A stretch of 64,000 nucleotides of DNA from an uncultured Planctomycetaceae bacterium (GCA_943787265.1 CALSLT010000044.1:1-64000), one strand, 5' to 3'; counted from the stretch's first letter, positions 27,804-38,076 are shown. The notes: generated from the sequence alone by a model not told the origin. Numbers and translations are program-made.

Positions 27804-28217
27804 TCAATGACCGCGAACGGCGGCGTAGCCGAAGACGACGGTGTGCCATACGAAAACGCAGGTCAGACCGTGGTAGCCAATCGTGAGGAATCGGTTTCTG
27901 AGGTACGGCTTTGCATCGAAAACGCCGAACTGGATGATCAGGCGGATTGCCCAGAAGATCGCGACGTACGCGCAGAAGGCTCGAGCAAGAGGTTCGCCTG
28001 ATGCGAGCGTACTTGAGAAGCTCAAGGCGATCACGCCGAACGCGACCAGGTTGATGACGATGTACAGCCCGGCGACGAGAATCCACTGTCGCAACAGTGG
28101 ACCGACTTTTGGCAGCTCTTCCTTGAATTTCAGTTCCTTCGGCACTTGCGCACTGCCGAGCAGCGTCGCGAGATGGAGTGCTCCGGAAACGAAGATCAGC
28201 GATTCGAGATCAGGCAT
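27804..28217 (-). CDS. hypothetical integral membrane protein (137 aa)
   Basis: Four predicted hydrophobic helices; no known domain recognised. Confidence 0.5.
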   Translation of the reverse strand: MPDLESLIFVSGALHLATLLGSAQVPKELKFKEELPKVGPLLRQWILVAGLYIVINLVAFGVIALSFSSTLASGEPLARAFCAYVAIFWAIRLIIQFGVFDAKPYLRNRFLTIGYHGLTCVFVWHTVVFGYAAVRGH

Positions 28218-28230
28218 CGCACTGTCCAGT

Positions 28231-29124
28231 TCAGCTCTGAAGCATCGGGACGATGACGTTCAGGACGAAGGGCGGGTGAAACAGCCAGTAGGCTGCTGGG
28301 ATTGTGAAAGTCGCAGTAAAGCACCAGCCCGCTATGCTGCCGCGCGTGATGATGCCTCGTCGGACAAGTTGACGTTCGATGGAAACCCCAAGCCCTTGAA
28401 GCAGGAAGTAGCCGAGTGGCAATCCGAATCCGCCTCCAGCCGGCACCGAGATGGCGAGTTCGTGGATCAGTCCTGAAAAGAGGAATACGCACCAGGTTGC
28501 GACTGATCCGTTCCAACGTCTTGCCGCCGGCCTGAAGACGAATCGGTGCGAGTAGTCTCGAAACGCCAGGTTCCATCGACGGCCCCAGAATTCGGCGAGC
28601 GATGTCGATTGCACAGGAGCATTCATGACCGGCACCACGGGACGGCCGCTGTTTTTCCAGGCCAACGCGATCAGGTGAAGCAGTCCGAAGTGGAGTACGA
28701 GAATCATTCCGACCATCGCTACCCATCCTCGAACAATAAGGTCGGCCGAAGTCCAGAACACCGCTGAGAAGATCAGCACCGATCCACCGACGGTTCGAAG
28801 AACCGCGGCGCGCCATTCAGCATTCGTGGTTATCAACGGCGAGGCCGTTTTCTTGAAGAATGCGTCGGCATCCAGACCGGGCCATGCAATGAACCAGAGA
28901 GTGTTGCTCTTCAGCCCCAGGCTTCCTCGTCGACTGATGAAGTCCGACAAGGTGTGAGCCTTCGCAAGGAGAAAAACCAAGCCGGCAATGCCGTACATTT
29001 TCGCGCAGCCGGAGATGTACGGGACGATTCCCAGGAGAGCGGTGAAACAGATCGCTGAAAACCAAAATCTCGTGCCGGTTAAACAAACGCGACGGTCGTT
29101 CTTAGTGATGTCCGTTGTTGCCAT
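28231..29124 (-). CDS. MBOAT_2-type membrane O-acyltransferase (wax-synthase-like) family protein
   Basis: Start taken at the internal Met (cat at 29122-29124; the ORF track extends to 29280). Multi-pass membrane protein with EFWGRRWNLAFRDYSHRFVFRP near the conserved His (LIHELAIS). Confidence 0.6.
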   Translation of the reverse strand: MATTDITKNDRRVCLTGTRFWFSAICFTALLGIVPYISGCAKMYGIAGLVFLLAKAHTLSDFISRRGSLGLKSNTLWFIAWPGLDADAFFKKTASPLITTNAEWRAAVLRTVGGSVLIFSAVFWTSADLIVRGWVAMVGMILVLHFGLLHLIALAWKNSGRPVVPVMNAPVQSTSLAEFWGRRWNLAFRDYSHRFVFRPAARRWNGSVATWCVFLFSGLIHELAISVPAGGGFGLPLGYFLLQGLGVSIERQLVRRGIITRGSIAGWCFTATFTIPAAYWLFHPPFVLNVIVPMLQS

Positions 29125-29517
29125 GATCAGTCTCCACAATCGAGACCGCACGACGATGGCTGAGTTAACAGCTTCTGTGGTGAAATGTTCGGATAACAGG
29201 CATCGGAACGCAGGGCAGGGCGTTGATGTCTGACGCGCCGATCCTGCGTTTCGACTTGATGCTTGCCGCTCAGTGCACAAGGACTGAGGCCTGTTCCTTG
29301 CTCGCTGCCAGGGGGCGGGATCAGCTCAGGTTCGGCTCGTATGTGGGCACTGGATGTCATTTTCTGACAGAAATCGTGTATGCTTTTTCGGAGAGTCACA
29401 CGCGTACGATCGCATTTCTGCCAGGCGTGCTGATCCTGCACCAGGCAGTCGTGTGGTGGCACCTGCAAAATTATCTTTGACCTGCCACGGGGTTGTTTCA
29501 GACTTGATGGGCTGATC

Positions 29518-31854
29518 ATGTCGAATTCGGGCGATGAACCAGCGGATGGCAGTGACGGGGAACTCGCGGGTGATCCGCCGCCTCTGCCCGATGATCCAGA
29601 TCAGGCGATGGAGGCAACTCGTCCGTACGATCCTGAAACCGACCGCGGTTCCGACGCAGACTTCGAACTTGATTCCGCAGTCAGCGGAGAGAAGCCGCCG
29701 AAGTCGCTCGGCAAATACACCATTCAGGAACGAATCGGTGCTGGCGGAATGGGCGTTGTCTGGAAGGGAACCGACCCCGACCTGCAGCGGGCAGTAGCCA
29801 TCAAGGTGCTGGGGTCTCATCTTCGACATAGTGAGACAGCACGTCGACGTTTTCAACGTGAAGCTCGAGCGGCAGCAGCAATCAGTCATCCGAACGTTCT
29901 GACGATTCACGCCGTCGAAGAACACGACCACGCTCCGTTCCTGGTGATGGAGTACGTTTCCGGGCAGTCGCTTAAAGAGTACGTTACGGAAAAGGGCAAG
30001 CTCACTCACTTCGAAGTGTTTCAACTGTCTGCGCAGATTGCTCAGGGCCTTGCCGCCGCACATGCTCAGGGCGTGATCCATCGAGACGTCAAGCCGGGCA
30101 ACGTGATGTTGCATGAAGGCGGCACTCGAGTTCGGCTGACGGACTTTGGCCTGGCTCGAATCACGTTCGATAATTCAGAACTGACTTCGCACGGGCAATA
30201 CGTCGGCACGCCCGCGTACATGCCACCGGAGCAGTTACGCGGTGGCAAAGTCGACGCCCGAGCAGACCTCTTCAGTCTGGGCTGCGTGATCTACTACATG
30301 CTGGTTGGCTATTCGCCTTTTCAGGGACGCACTCAGGGAGAAACGATTCATAAGATTCTTGGAGATGAAGCGAAAACTCTTCTCGAGATCGATCCGTCGA
30401 TCCCACCTTTTCTGTCGGACCTGGTCAGTCGGTTGCTGAAACAAGACCCCGACTTGCGGTATCAGTCGGCATTCGAAGTGGCCGATGTGCTTTCGAAGTT
30501 TCTGTCGCAACTGAATCGCACGGCCACGGACGACCTGTCCGCCGTGCTGTCGGTCAATCCGTCCATGCCGCACTCGGCGGATGACACGAAATCGACGAAA
30601 ACAAAACGCCGAGCCATTACGATTTCCGTTCTGACAGGCCTGGCAATCGCGGCGTTCTTCGTCATTCCGAAGTTCATCGAAAACAAACAGCCAGACCAGT
30701 CGCTGCGAACGGGCGACGCTCGTCCTGATGGAAGCAATCCTAGCGCTGACTCCAGCTCCCAGACTGAACCGGAATCAGGTTCTGATCCGCCACCGCACCT
30801 ACCGAAGTTGACGGGAATCACCGTTGCACCGGACTCCGAATTCAAAACGATTTCCTCCGCCGTTGGGCGAGCCGCGAAGAACTGCACGATCACTGTGGCT
30901 GGCCCAGGTCCGTACACAGATTCTGTAATGATCGACCGGGCGGACCTCGACGGCCTGACGATTATCGCTGACTCCCGAGCTCGCTGGCTGACTCCGGAAC
31001 CCCAGGACGAACACCGGGCATTGCACATTGCCGACGTGAGCGATGTCGTCGTGCAAGGCTTTGACTTCGAAGTCACTTCAGAAAATGCCCGCGCAGTTCA
31101 CGTCGAAGGGGCCGTAGGCAACGTCACGATTCAGGATTGCTCGTTTAAGCACATGCAGAAAAGTCACCGTCTGTCGCTGGCGCTGCTGGAGTCGGAAATG
31201 GCCGACGCGGAGAGTCGAATCAAATTCCTTAACTGTCGATTCGCGGCCGCGGAAGGCTCCGTCAGGTGCCTCGCGCTTGGCGGTAGTAAAGAGGGCACAT
31301 CACGAGCTGAAGTCAGGGATTGCCACTTTGCTTCGCCAGGCACTCATATCATGGTGACCAGTGCGTGCCGCAGTTTTACACTCGCGCAGAACATCTTTGT
31401 TGGTGGCAACAATGCCATAAACATCAGCTACCGGGAATGGGCCGCCGATTCTCACGCCGAGATTGTGAACAACACTTTCCTTGAGACTCGCTACTGGTTC
31501 GGGCTGATGGATTCTTTTCGTGGAGCGTCTGTGCCAACAGGTACGACCACATCGCGAGTTTGCAACAACCTGATCCTCGGAGGAGAGCGAATGCAGGGGG
31601 GCGAGGATCAGTGGCAGCATGTCGAAACGTCGTGGACATTCGGTGGAAACTGGTGGGAACCCAGCGGATCGACACGTGCAAACGCTGGCCGCAATGACCG
31701 CGTCGCCAGTTTCAAAGACAACTTAAACATCCCGAATCGAGATGAGCCGACGATGCCTGATTACCTTCGACCTGCGCCGGGATCGATCCTTTTTGAGTCA
31801 GGCTGCTGTAATGACCTTCCTCGTTACATAGGTGCAAAAGGGCCAGCCAAATGA
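29518..31854 (+). CDS. Ser/Thr protein kinase with TM helix and C-terminal right-handed beta-helix domain
   Basis: Hanks kinase motifs (GAGGMGVVWKG, AIK, HRDVKPGNVML, DFGLAR, GTPAYMPPE), then ITISVLTGLAIAAFFVI TM helix, then parallel beta-helix repeats (ITVAGPGP... NLILGG). Confidence 0.85.
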   Translation: MSNSGDEPADGSDGELAGDPPPLPDDPDQAMEATRPYDPETDRGSDADFELDSAVSGEKPPKSLGKYTIQERIGAGGMGVVWKGTDPDLQRAVAIKVLGSHLRHSETARRRFQREARAAAAISHPNVLTIHAVEEHDHAPFLVMEYVSGQSLKEYVTEKGKLTHFEVFQLSAQIAQGLAAAHAQGVIHRDVKPGNVMLHEGGTRVRLTDFGLARITFDNSELTSHGQYVGTPAYMPPEQLRGGKVDARADLFSLGCVIYYMLVGYSPFQGRTQGETIHKILGDEAKTLLEIDPSIPPFLSDLVSRLLKQDPDLRYQSAFEVADVLSKFLSQLNRTATDDLSAVLSVNPSMPHSADDTKSTKTKRRAITISVLTGLAIAAFFVIPKFIENKQPDQSLRTGDARPDGSNPSADSSSQTEPESGSDPPPHLPKLTGITVAPDSEFKTISSAVGRAAKNCTITVAGPGPYTDSVMIDRADLDGLTIIADSRARWLTPEPQDEHRALHIADVSDVVVQGFDFEVTSENARAVHVEGAVGNVTIQDCSFKHMQKSHRLSLALLESEMADAESRIKFLNCRFAAAEGSVRCLALGGSKEGTSRAEVRDCHFASPGTHIMVTSACRSFTLAQNIFVGGNNAINISYREWAADSHAEIVNNTFLETRYWFGLMDSFRGASVPTGTTTSRVCNNLILGGERMQGGEDQWQHVETSWTFGGNWWEPSGSTRANAGRNDRVASFKDNLNIPNRDEPTMPDYLRPAPGSILFESGCCNDLPRYIGAKGPAK

Positions 31855-33260
31855 CCGACTACGATTTCTCCAGTGACGCGTTTTCTCAACCACCAATTCC
31901 AATGCGATCGGCTCCTGGGCGAGGATCAGCGTCTCGCCGGGCCGCTTCCTTCATCGAGAACGACTATCCGGAATTCATCGACGGCGACGAATCAGCACTC
32001 ATGGCACAACGGTCCGGCGGATCGGATTCCGGCGAACAGATGCTCGGAGCCAGCGAGTATCCGGGCGCTGGTTTCACGGCCGAGCAGAAGCAACGGCAGG
32101 ATTCCTCAGATGGTCGAAGTAAGAGTCGACGGCCTCACCCGACAGCACGCATCGAGGACGACGTTCTGAATCAGTCGGCACTCCCGGACAAGTCGCTGAA
32201 CATGGTTTGCGTTGGGCCGAGTTTCCAGGTGGGAGGCGTGCATCAGCACACGTTGGGCCTGGCTCGTTTTTTGAATCCTGAACGAGTCCGTCTGACTCGA
32301 TGTTTTGTGACAAGCGAGCGTCCGGAACATCTGCCGGAGCCCGGAACTTTTCCCGTGCCGGTTGAATATTGCAGCATGGCCGATTTACCGGGACGAACGG
32401 CGGAGTACGACGTCGTGCTCGTTTGGGGCGAAGGCTACAACGGTCGGCTTGAGTCTTCCGGGCCGTTGAGAGTTTTCCTGGCTCACGGCGAAAGCTTATG
32501 GACTCGCAAAGGTCTCGAAGCCAGCGACCAGGCAGTTGATCACGTGATCGCTGTCAGTGATCGAGTTCGAGCCCGAGTTTGCGAAGGTTTCCCGACGACA
32601 ACGATTCTCAACGGTGTCGATTCATCGCGGCTTGGTCAAACTCGTCCGGCCGACGACGTGCGGAAGCAGCTTGGGTTTGACCGAGACGATTTCGTGATTG
32701 GCTCGGTGGGCCGATTCACTCGTGAGAAGCAGATGAATCTGCTGATCGAAGCCGTCGAGCGGCTGCCGCAACAGTTCAAGCTGCTGCTTGTCGGGTCTGG
32801 CCGGCGAGAAGACGAACTGATGCGGCTGGCAAACGAACGAATTCCCGGACGACACGCCTTCATCGCCGCACACGACTATCTGGGCGACTATTACCGGGCG
32901 ATGGACGCTTTCGGTTTGGTCTCCGCTCACGAAGGTTTTGGATTGGTCATTCCCGAAGCCATGATGTGCGAACGCCCGGTCATCGCCACCAACGTCGGCT
33001 GTGTGCCGGAAGTCATTCGTGATCGTATCAACGGGATCGTTGTTGACTCGACTGCAGAGTCTATCGCCGAGGCTGCTCGAATGTTGCAGGCTCATCCGAA
33101 CTGGGCGCGAGGAATCGCTACGGAAGGGCAGGCTTTCGCAACGCGACACCTTCACGCGATGCGGATGGCTCAACAGTACGAAAACCTGATCTGCAATCTG
33201 CACGCTCGGAGAAACTCGGACACACGACGCGGCGCGACTTCTTATGGTGTTGCGCGATGA
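31851..33260 (+). CDS. glycosyltransferase family 4 (GT-B, GT1-like) with disordered N-terminal extension
   Basis: EGFGLVIPEAMMCERPVIATNVGCVPEVI is the E-x7-E retaining GT4 motif. ATGA overlap with the kinase stop codon. Confidence 0.8.
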   Translation: MTDYDFSSDAFSQPPIPMRSAPGRGSASRRAASFIENDYPEFIDGDESALMAQRSGGSDSGEQMLGASEYPGAGFTAEQKQRQDSSDGRSKSRRPHPTARIEDDVLNQSALPDKSLNMVCVGPSFQVGGVHQHTLGLARFLNPERVRLTRCFVTSERPEHLPEPGTFPVPVEYCSMADLPGRTAEYDVVLVWGEGYNGRLESSGPLRVFLAHGESLWTRKGLEASDQAVDHVIAVSDRVRARVCEGFPTTTILNGVDSSRLGQTRPADDVRKQLGFDRDDFVIGSVGRFTREKQMNLLIEAVERLPQQFKLLLVGSGRREDELMRLANERIPGRHAFIAAHDYLGDYYRAMDAFGLVSAHEGFGLVIPEAMMCERPVIATNVGCVPEVIRDRINGIVVDSTAESIAEAARMLQAHPNWARGIATEGQAFATRHLHAMRMAQQYENLICNLHARRNSDTRRGATSYGVAR

Positions 33261-34531
33261 CCGTTCGCATCACCAACCAACTGTTCGACACACACCCGAT
33301 CGCCGCACACTGTCCCGGTCCTCTGCACGATCGCTGGCACCATTTTGCCAAGTCCGTGATGGCGCAGCCGAAGCGACAACTGTCGTGTCCGGACGTGACA
33401 GTTCTGACGTGGAACAGTGGCGAACGAAAAGCCCGGCCAACAAAACCGTGTGGCGTCTTCGAACAGAGCCTTGAGTTGCTTGGTATCAAGACTCTGGTAC
33501 TGGGAGCTGGCAAGTCGAACTGGAAGAACCGCGATAAGTTCGCGTTGACGGCGGCGGCTCTGGAGCACGTCGAGACACCGTTCATAATCGGAGCCGATTC
33601 GTGTGACGTTGTTTTTCTGGACAACCCGCAGATCGCCGTCGAGCGATTCCAGAACGAGTTCACCTGCGATCTTCTCTTCAACGCAACCGGCTCGCGATGC
33701 TGGCCCGAACTTCCAGAACTGGTCCGTTTTCAGGAAGGACTGCCACTGGCGAAGGCTGCTCAGAACCGCCACTGGATTAACTCCGGATTGTTCTTAGGCC
33801 GAACTGAATTCTGCCGAGAATACTTTGCTCGGCTGGCCGACGAACCGCCGGAACCCGGGTACGAATTCTCCGACCAGGCCGTCGTGATGCGAACGTGGCC
33901 GGAGTGGTACCCGAAAGTTCAGGCCGACTACTTCTCGCAAATCTTTCAATGGTTCAACGAAGAACTGTCAGTCATGCGTTTGGAACGCCCCGTCGCACCA
34001 CGTCAGGCTCAACTGTTCCGCTGGCTGCGGAGGCTGCGCGGGCCGGTCACCGGTGCCGAAGTCGGTGTCTTCGGCGGTCACACGTCCGAAGCACTGCTGC
34101 GCGAGTTTCCTCAATTGAAACTCTGGCTGGTCGATCCCTGGCGTCCGTACGACGGCGAGTCATCTCTCGGCAGCCAGAAGGCCGAAGCCTTTCAGCAGGC
34201 AATGCAGTCGGCGTTCTTCTGGACAGAGTTCGCCTCGGATCGACGCTTCGTTTTGCGAGAGGGCTCGCCAGATGCCGCGTCCCGCTTTGCCGACGGCAGC
34301 CTGGATTTTGTCTTCGTCGACGGAAACCACATGTACGATGCCGTCTGCTCAGACATCGCTGCCTGGTGGCCAAAACTCCGTTCCGGAGGTCTGCTGACGG
34401 GCCACGACTACGCCATCAATCGAGACGCTTCTGGCGAATGGGGAGTCCGCCAGGCCGTCGACGAGTTCTCCGAAAACGCCGACCGCTCCCTCGAAACCGG
34501 CTCCGACGGAACCTGGTGCATCGAGCGATAG
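33257..34531 (+). CDS. two-domain protein with C-terminal class I SAM-dependent methyltransferase
   Basis: GAEVGVFGGHTSEALL ... DFVFVDGNHMYDAVCSD ... GGLLTGHDY are class-I methyltransferase motifs. ATGA overlap with the GT stop codon. Confidence 0.7.
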   Translation: MTVRITNQLFDTHPIAAHCPGPLHDRWHHFAKSVMAQPKRQLSCPDVTVLTWNSGERKARPTKPCGVFEQSLELLGIKTLVLGAGKSNWKNRDKFALTAAALEHVETPFIIGADSCDVVFLDNPQIAVERFQNEFTCDLLFNATGSRCWPELPELVRFQEGLPLAKAAQNRHWINSGLFLGRTEFCREYFARLADEPPEPGYEFSDQAVVMRTWPEWYPKVQADYFSQIFQWFNEELSVMRLERPVAPRQAQLFRWLRRLRGPVTGAEVGVFGGHTSEALLREFPQLKLWLVDPWRPYDGESSLGSQKAEAFQQAMQSAFFWTEFASDRRFVLREGSPDAASRFADGSLDFVFVDGNHMYDAVCSDIAAWWPKLRSGGLLTGHDYAINRDASGEWGVRQAVDEFSENADRSLETGSDGTWCIER

Positions 34532-34585
34532 CGGGCGAGGTGCCTTCCGATTCTTCGCGTCTCTACCGCCGCTGAAACCACCGGA

Positions 34586-36028
34586 TTAATTCCGAACATT
34601 CAGGTCGGTAATTTTGACGTGCGAATTTGATTTCGGGGCGACAAGCACTTCTGTTACCGGGTGAGTGATGTCGCCGGGCGAGGGATAGCCGTCTGCATCC
34701 ATGTCCGCAACGACCGTCAGGAAGTACTTGCCGGGATGAAGATAGGTGAAAGAATACTCGTTCTGCTTGCTGCTGATTTCAGGGAATGAGAGAAGGCCAT
34801 CAAGAAGATCCGATCGAACGTAGCCGCCCTGCGTAATGAATTTGCCTCGGTTGTCGGTAAGTGCTCGGCGAGACAAGTAGATGTGCAGCTTCTTTCCCGT
34901 TGTCAGTTCGGTCCGTTGCACCGTTACCTTCAGACTGGACAGGTGCGGTATCTGGTCGATTCGGATGGGGTCTTTCGCCAGCTGTGCCAGCTCAAGCACA
35001 CTTTCGTTCTTGCCTTCCCAGATGAAACTGGCGGATGTCTGAGGATACTTGCCGACCCACGTTGGTGTTGGCAGGCCCTTTGAGAAATCCCTTTCAACGA
35101 CTCGCTGGGGAAAACCAACGGCCTTCGCGGCTGCTGCGGCCAGTTCGCGATGCCTGCTTCTTCCTGTAAACGCCATGTGGAGCTTTGGCTCCGTCAGACC
35201 GAATCGACTCGTGTACGAGTTGAACTGCAGCTTGTCACCGGAAAAGGTCAACTCCATCCACATGATGTCTTTGCCACCGTAGGCGTCGACGAGTCGATAG
35301 TATGCCTCGTTTCTTTTGTACTTGACCTGATCGAGAACGAAATAACTTGTCCGATAGATGCCGTTCAGCAGCCCTCCGTTGCGAGCCATGATTGTTTTTT
35401 TGCCTTTGAAGTTGGCAACAAAGAATGACGTAAAGAGATTGCCAATCGTGCCGCCTTCGAAAATGCCGTGTACGTGAGACGGAGCGATCGCTCGATAGTC
35501 GAAGGCCATCCAGTCGATGTTCTGTCCCATCAGCATCATTGAGCCAACCCAATGGCCCTGCATGTACTCCAGCATTTCGAAGCCCTGTCGGTCGATGTCG
35601 ACCGGGGCGATCACTGGCGGCTTGAACTTTTCATACTTTGCGTTTTCATTCCCTGCTTTTCTGGTTCCAACATTGAGATACCCACCGTCGGCCCAGAGCT
35701 GGAACAGGCGACGCATGTAGGGGGGAAGCAATCCATTTTGCGGCATCGGCTTTTTCGCATCGTTGATCCGTTGCAGCAATTCTCCTTTTTCGACGTGTTT
35801 GCGGACGTCCTTGTAGCTGGTCAGGACGAACTCGCCTTCGGGATCATCGCCGGCGTGGCAGGTCGTGCAGAAGTTGTTCACGATCGGGCGAATGTCGTTT
35901 GAATAGGAAACCTCGTCGCGAATTGCCGGCTTCGCTGGTGACTGCCCAAAGCACGTGGCGGACGAAAGAATCACGACCAGTGTCGCTAGCAGAAAACTGC
36001 ACATTGTCATTTGCCAGGAAAGGAACAT
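34586..36028 (-). CDS. secreted protein with N-terminal PSCyt-type heme-binding domain (CxxCH)
   Basis: Signal peptide; IRPIVNNFCTTCHAGDDPEGEFVLTSY is the planctomycete cytochrome C motif. The remainder is of unknown function. Confidence 0.7.
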   Translation of the reverse strand: MFLSWQMTMCSFLLATLVVILSSATCFGQSPAKPAIRDEVSYSNDIRPIVNNFCTTCHAGDDPEGEFVLTSYKDVRKHVEKGELLQRINDAKKPMPQNGLLPPYMRRLFQLWADGGYLNVGTRKAGNENAKYEKFKPPVIAPVDIDRQGFEMLEYMQGHWVGSMMLMGQNIDWMAFDYRAIAPSHVHGIFEGGTIGNLFTSFFVANFKGKKTIMARNGGLLNGIYRTSYFVLDQVKYKRNEAYYRLVDAYGGKDIMWMELTFSGDKLQFNSYTSRFGLTEPKLHMAFTGRSRHRELAAAAAKAVGFPQRVVERDFSKGLPTPTWVGKYPQTSASFIWEGKNESVLELAQLAKDPIRIDQIPHLSSLKVTVQRTELTTGKKLHIYLSRRALTDNRGKFITQGGYVRSDLLDGLLSFPEISSKQNEYSFTYLHPGKYFLTVVADMDADGYPSPGDITHPVTEVLVAPKSNSHVKITDLNVRN

Positions 36029-36050
36029 CTGATTCTCCCTTGATAATTGG

Positions 36051-36101
36051 TTGTCACTGTCGACAATGTACTCAATGAGAGTTGAATGTCAACTCTGACA
36101 A
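36051..36101. promoter_or_regulatory. operator-like palindromes in the TetR / divergent-gene intergenic region
   Basis: TGTCGACA (36058-36065), AGAGTTGA-ATG-TCAACTCT (36078-36096), outer TTGTCA...TGACAA. Confidence 0.5.
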
Positions 36102-36108
36102 TCAAAAT

Positions 36109-36708
36109 ATGCAGAGACAGAACATGGGACGTCCCAGCCTGGCGGAAGTTCGAAAGTCTGAAATCCTTGACGCCTTCGCGCACTGCGTCGCGAGATACGG
36201 CCTGGAAGGAAGTTCCCTGGAGCGCGTTGCGGACCAGGCCGGCGTGAAACGAAGCATCATCCGACACTACATCGGGAATCGCGAAGATCTGGTGGACGCA
36301 CTTGCCGAGCGAGTCGCGGCACAGTTTCAGGATCATCTGGCCAGCTTTGTCGCAGGCGTCTCGGAGCAACGTCGCATCAAGCAGTTACTCGATTTTCTGT
36401 TTCCAGCGCTTCCAATCGAGTCAGCAGACAGCATTCTGGTGGTCGAAGCTTTGATCGCTGCTGGAGACCGGTACCCGAAACCCAGGACACTGATGCTCGG
36501 TTATGTGGAGCATCTGGTCGATGAAATTACCGACCAGCTTCGGCTCGCGTATCCAGAGGCCACTCGGCCGAGATGCTGGAACGTCGCCTACGGGGTCGTC
36601 GGAATCTGTTTCAACCAGGAATCACTTTCGCCGCTCGGACTTCCCAAAGCCTACATAAAGGCATCACGGAAGTGCTCGGAGATTCTGATCGCTTCACTGG
36701 ATGGTTGA
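36109..36708 (+). CDS. TetR/AcrR family transcriptional regulator
   Basis: HTH (SLAEVRKSEILDAFAHCVARYGLEGSSLERVADQAGVKRSIIRHYIGNREDL). Start moved to ATG 36109, downstream of the operator palindromes; the ORF track uses TTG 36082. Confidence 0.8.
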   Translation: MQRQNMGRPSLAEVRKSEILDAFAHCVARYGLEGSSLERVADQAGVKRSIIRHYIGNREDLVDALAERVAAQFQDHLASFVAGVSEQRRIKQLLDFLFPALPIESADSILVVEALIAAGDRYPKPRTLMLGYVEHLVDEITDQLRLAYPEATRPRCWNVAYGVVGICFNQESLSPLGLPKAYIKASRKCSEILIASLDG

Positions 36709-36818
36709 GGCTCGTTGCTATCGAATGATGCCTCGACAACCGACGCGTACTGATGGGACATCTATTACAGAGCCTGTTCGACGGTTGCGACAAACCTGAT
36801 CTTGGGCGTTCTACAAGG

Positions 36819-37853
36819 TCACGGTTTGATGCTCTGAATGATCTCGTTGCCGTACGTGCCGAGGATCGAGTAATGACCGTCGCATGGTGAGAAACAAATC
36901 TCGCTGCCAGGGATGCCGGCGTCGCAGTCATTTCCCTCGGCAAAGAAACAGGCGACGTCAGTTGGCGTGAAATCATCCCGCTCACCTTGCCAGATTTTGA
37001 AGCGGTCGCCTTGCTGGACGTCTTCTAGCTTGAAGTCCCAATCGCATAATCCGAGTTGGAGTTCCCGCAACGGACCATGCGGTCCCTGAGTCGCGCATTG
37101 CCCCATACTCTGGACAGTCAACTCGCTGTCGGCGTACTCGCGATCCGCGTCGGGCAGTAGATTGACGGCAGCCAGTCGGATCAGCATTCGAGACGTTGGA
37201 AGACCGTCGTGGGTGCCGCTTCGAATCAGTCGGAAAACGTTTCGACCGAACGCACCATCGCACACAAGACGACGCAGAAACTCCCCGGCTCTCGACGGAA
37301 CTCCAGTCATCCAGTTGGGAGCAAACGGGGCCACCAGGGCGACCTTCTTCAATCCACACTTTGATAAGACATTCGTTCCGATAGCGCAGGCAGACATGCA
37401 GCCAAACGAATGCCCAATGATCGAGTAGCTGTCGCCAAAGCCCAGAACCTTCGCCAGCTCGTGAAAGTCCTCAACTGTACCGAGTATCGTGCGGTCTGGC
37501 TGGTAGCAGCTCAGACCAATGCCTGGCCGATCGACCGAGATGATCTGCACCTTATGGGTCGCTGCGGCCTGATGAAGAATGCACGCATCCAGTCGCGAGA
37601 CCGGCATCCCGTGAAAGTAAAAGGCGTGATGATCGGGCTCCGCGCTGCCGAACACTCGATACCCGTACTGGTTGCCGTCAATGTCCACTGTGTAGTCGCA
37701 ACCCGGCTGTCGATCAGACTGCTGAGGAGCGCCGCCATCTGCGAACAGAAGCCCCGGGGCAGCACATGCTGTCGAGGCTGCGCCGAAAGCTGCAGCACCT
37801 CGCTTGAGGAAATTACGCCGATTTTCAGTTTTCGATGAGTGTGAGATTTTCAT
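36819..37853 (-). CDS. alpha/beta hydrolase, TAT signal
   Basis: RRNFLKRGAAAFGAA TAT motif and GHSFG nucleophile elbow. Confidence 0.8.
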   Translation of the reverse strand: MKISHSSKTENRRNFLKRGAAAFGAASTACAAPGLLFADGGAPQQSDRQPGCDYTVDIDGNQYGYRVFGSAEPDHHAFYFHGMPVSRLDACILHQAAATHKVQIISVDRPGIGLSCYQPDRTILGTVEDFHELAKVLGFGDSYSIIGHSFGCMSACAIGTNVLSKCGLKKVALVAPFAPNWMTGVPSRAGEFLRRLVCDGAFGRNVFRLIRSGTHDGLPTSRMLIRLAAVNLLPDADREYADSELTVQSMGQCATQGPHGPLRELQLGLCDWDFKLEDVQQGDRFKIWQGERDDFTPTDVACFFAEGNDCDAGIPGSEICFSPCDGHYSILGTYGNEIIQSIKP

Positions 37854-38020
37854 TCTGGCCCTGACGAGTTTTCCGGTGCAATTTGAAAGTCGTTACACGA
37901 CTGTACATCCAGAATCACACACTCGGCGGCGAAACGGCAAACAATACGGTCGGCGGTTATTGCGAACCGTCGAAAGTTCCGCCTGCGTGAAGTTTGCGGA
38001 CGGTCCACGTTTTTATATTG

Positions 38021-38076
38021 ACATTTACGACGCCTGTCATAATATTGGTGTCGAATTATGACGTTCGTCGTAAATG
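38021..38076. promoter_or_regulatory. BlaI-type operator palindromes upstream of blaI-blaR1
   Basis: TATGAC-GTTC-GTCGTA (38057-38072; TACGAC-N4-GTCGTA type), flanking ATTTACGACG / CGTCGTAAAT (38023-32 / 38067-76), and GTCATAAT / ATTATGAC (38036-43 / 38055-62). Confidence 0.55.
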
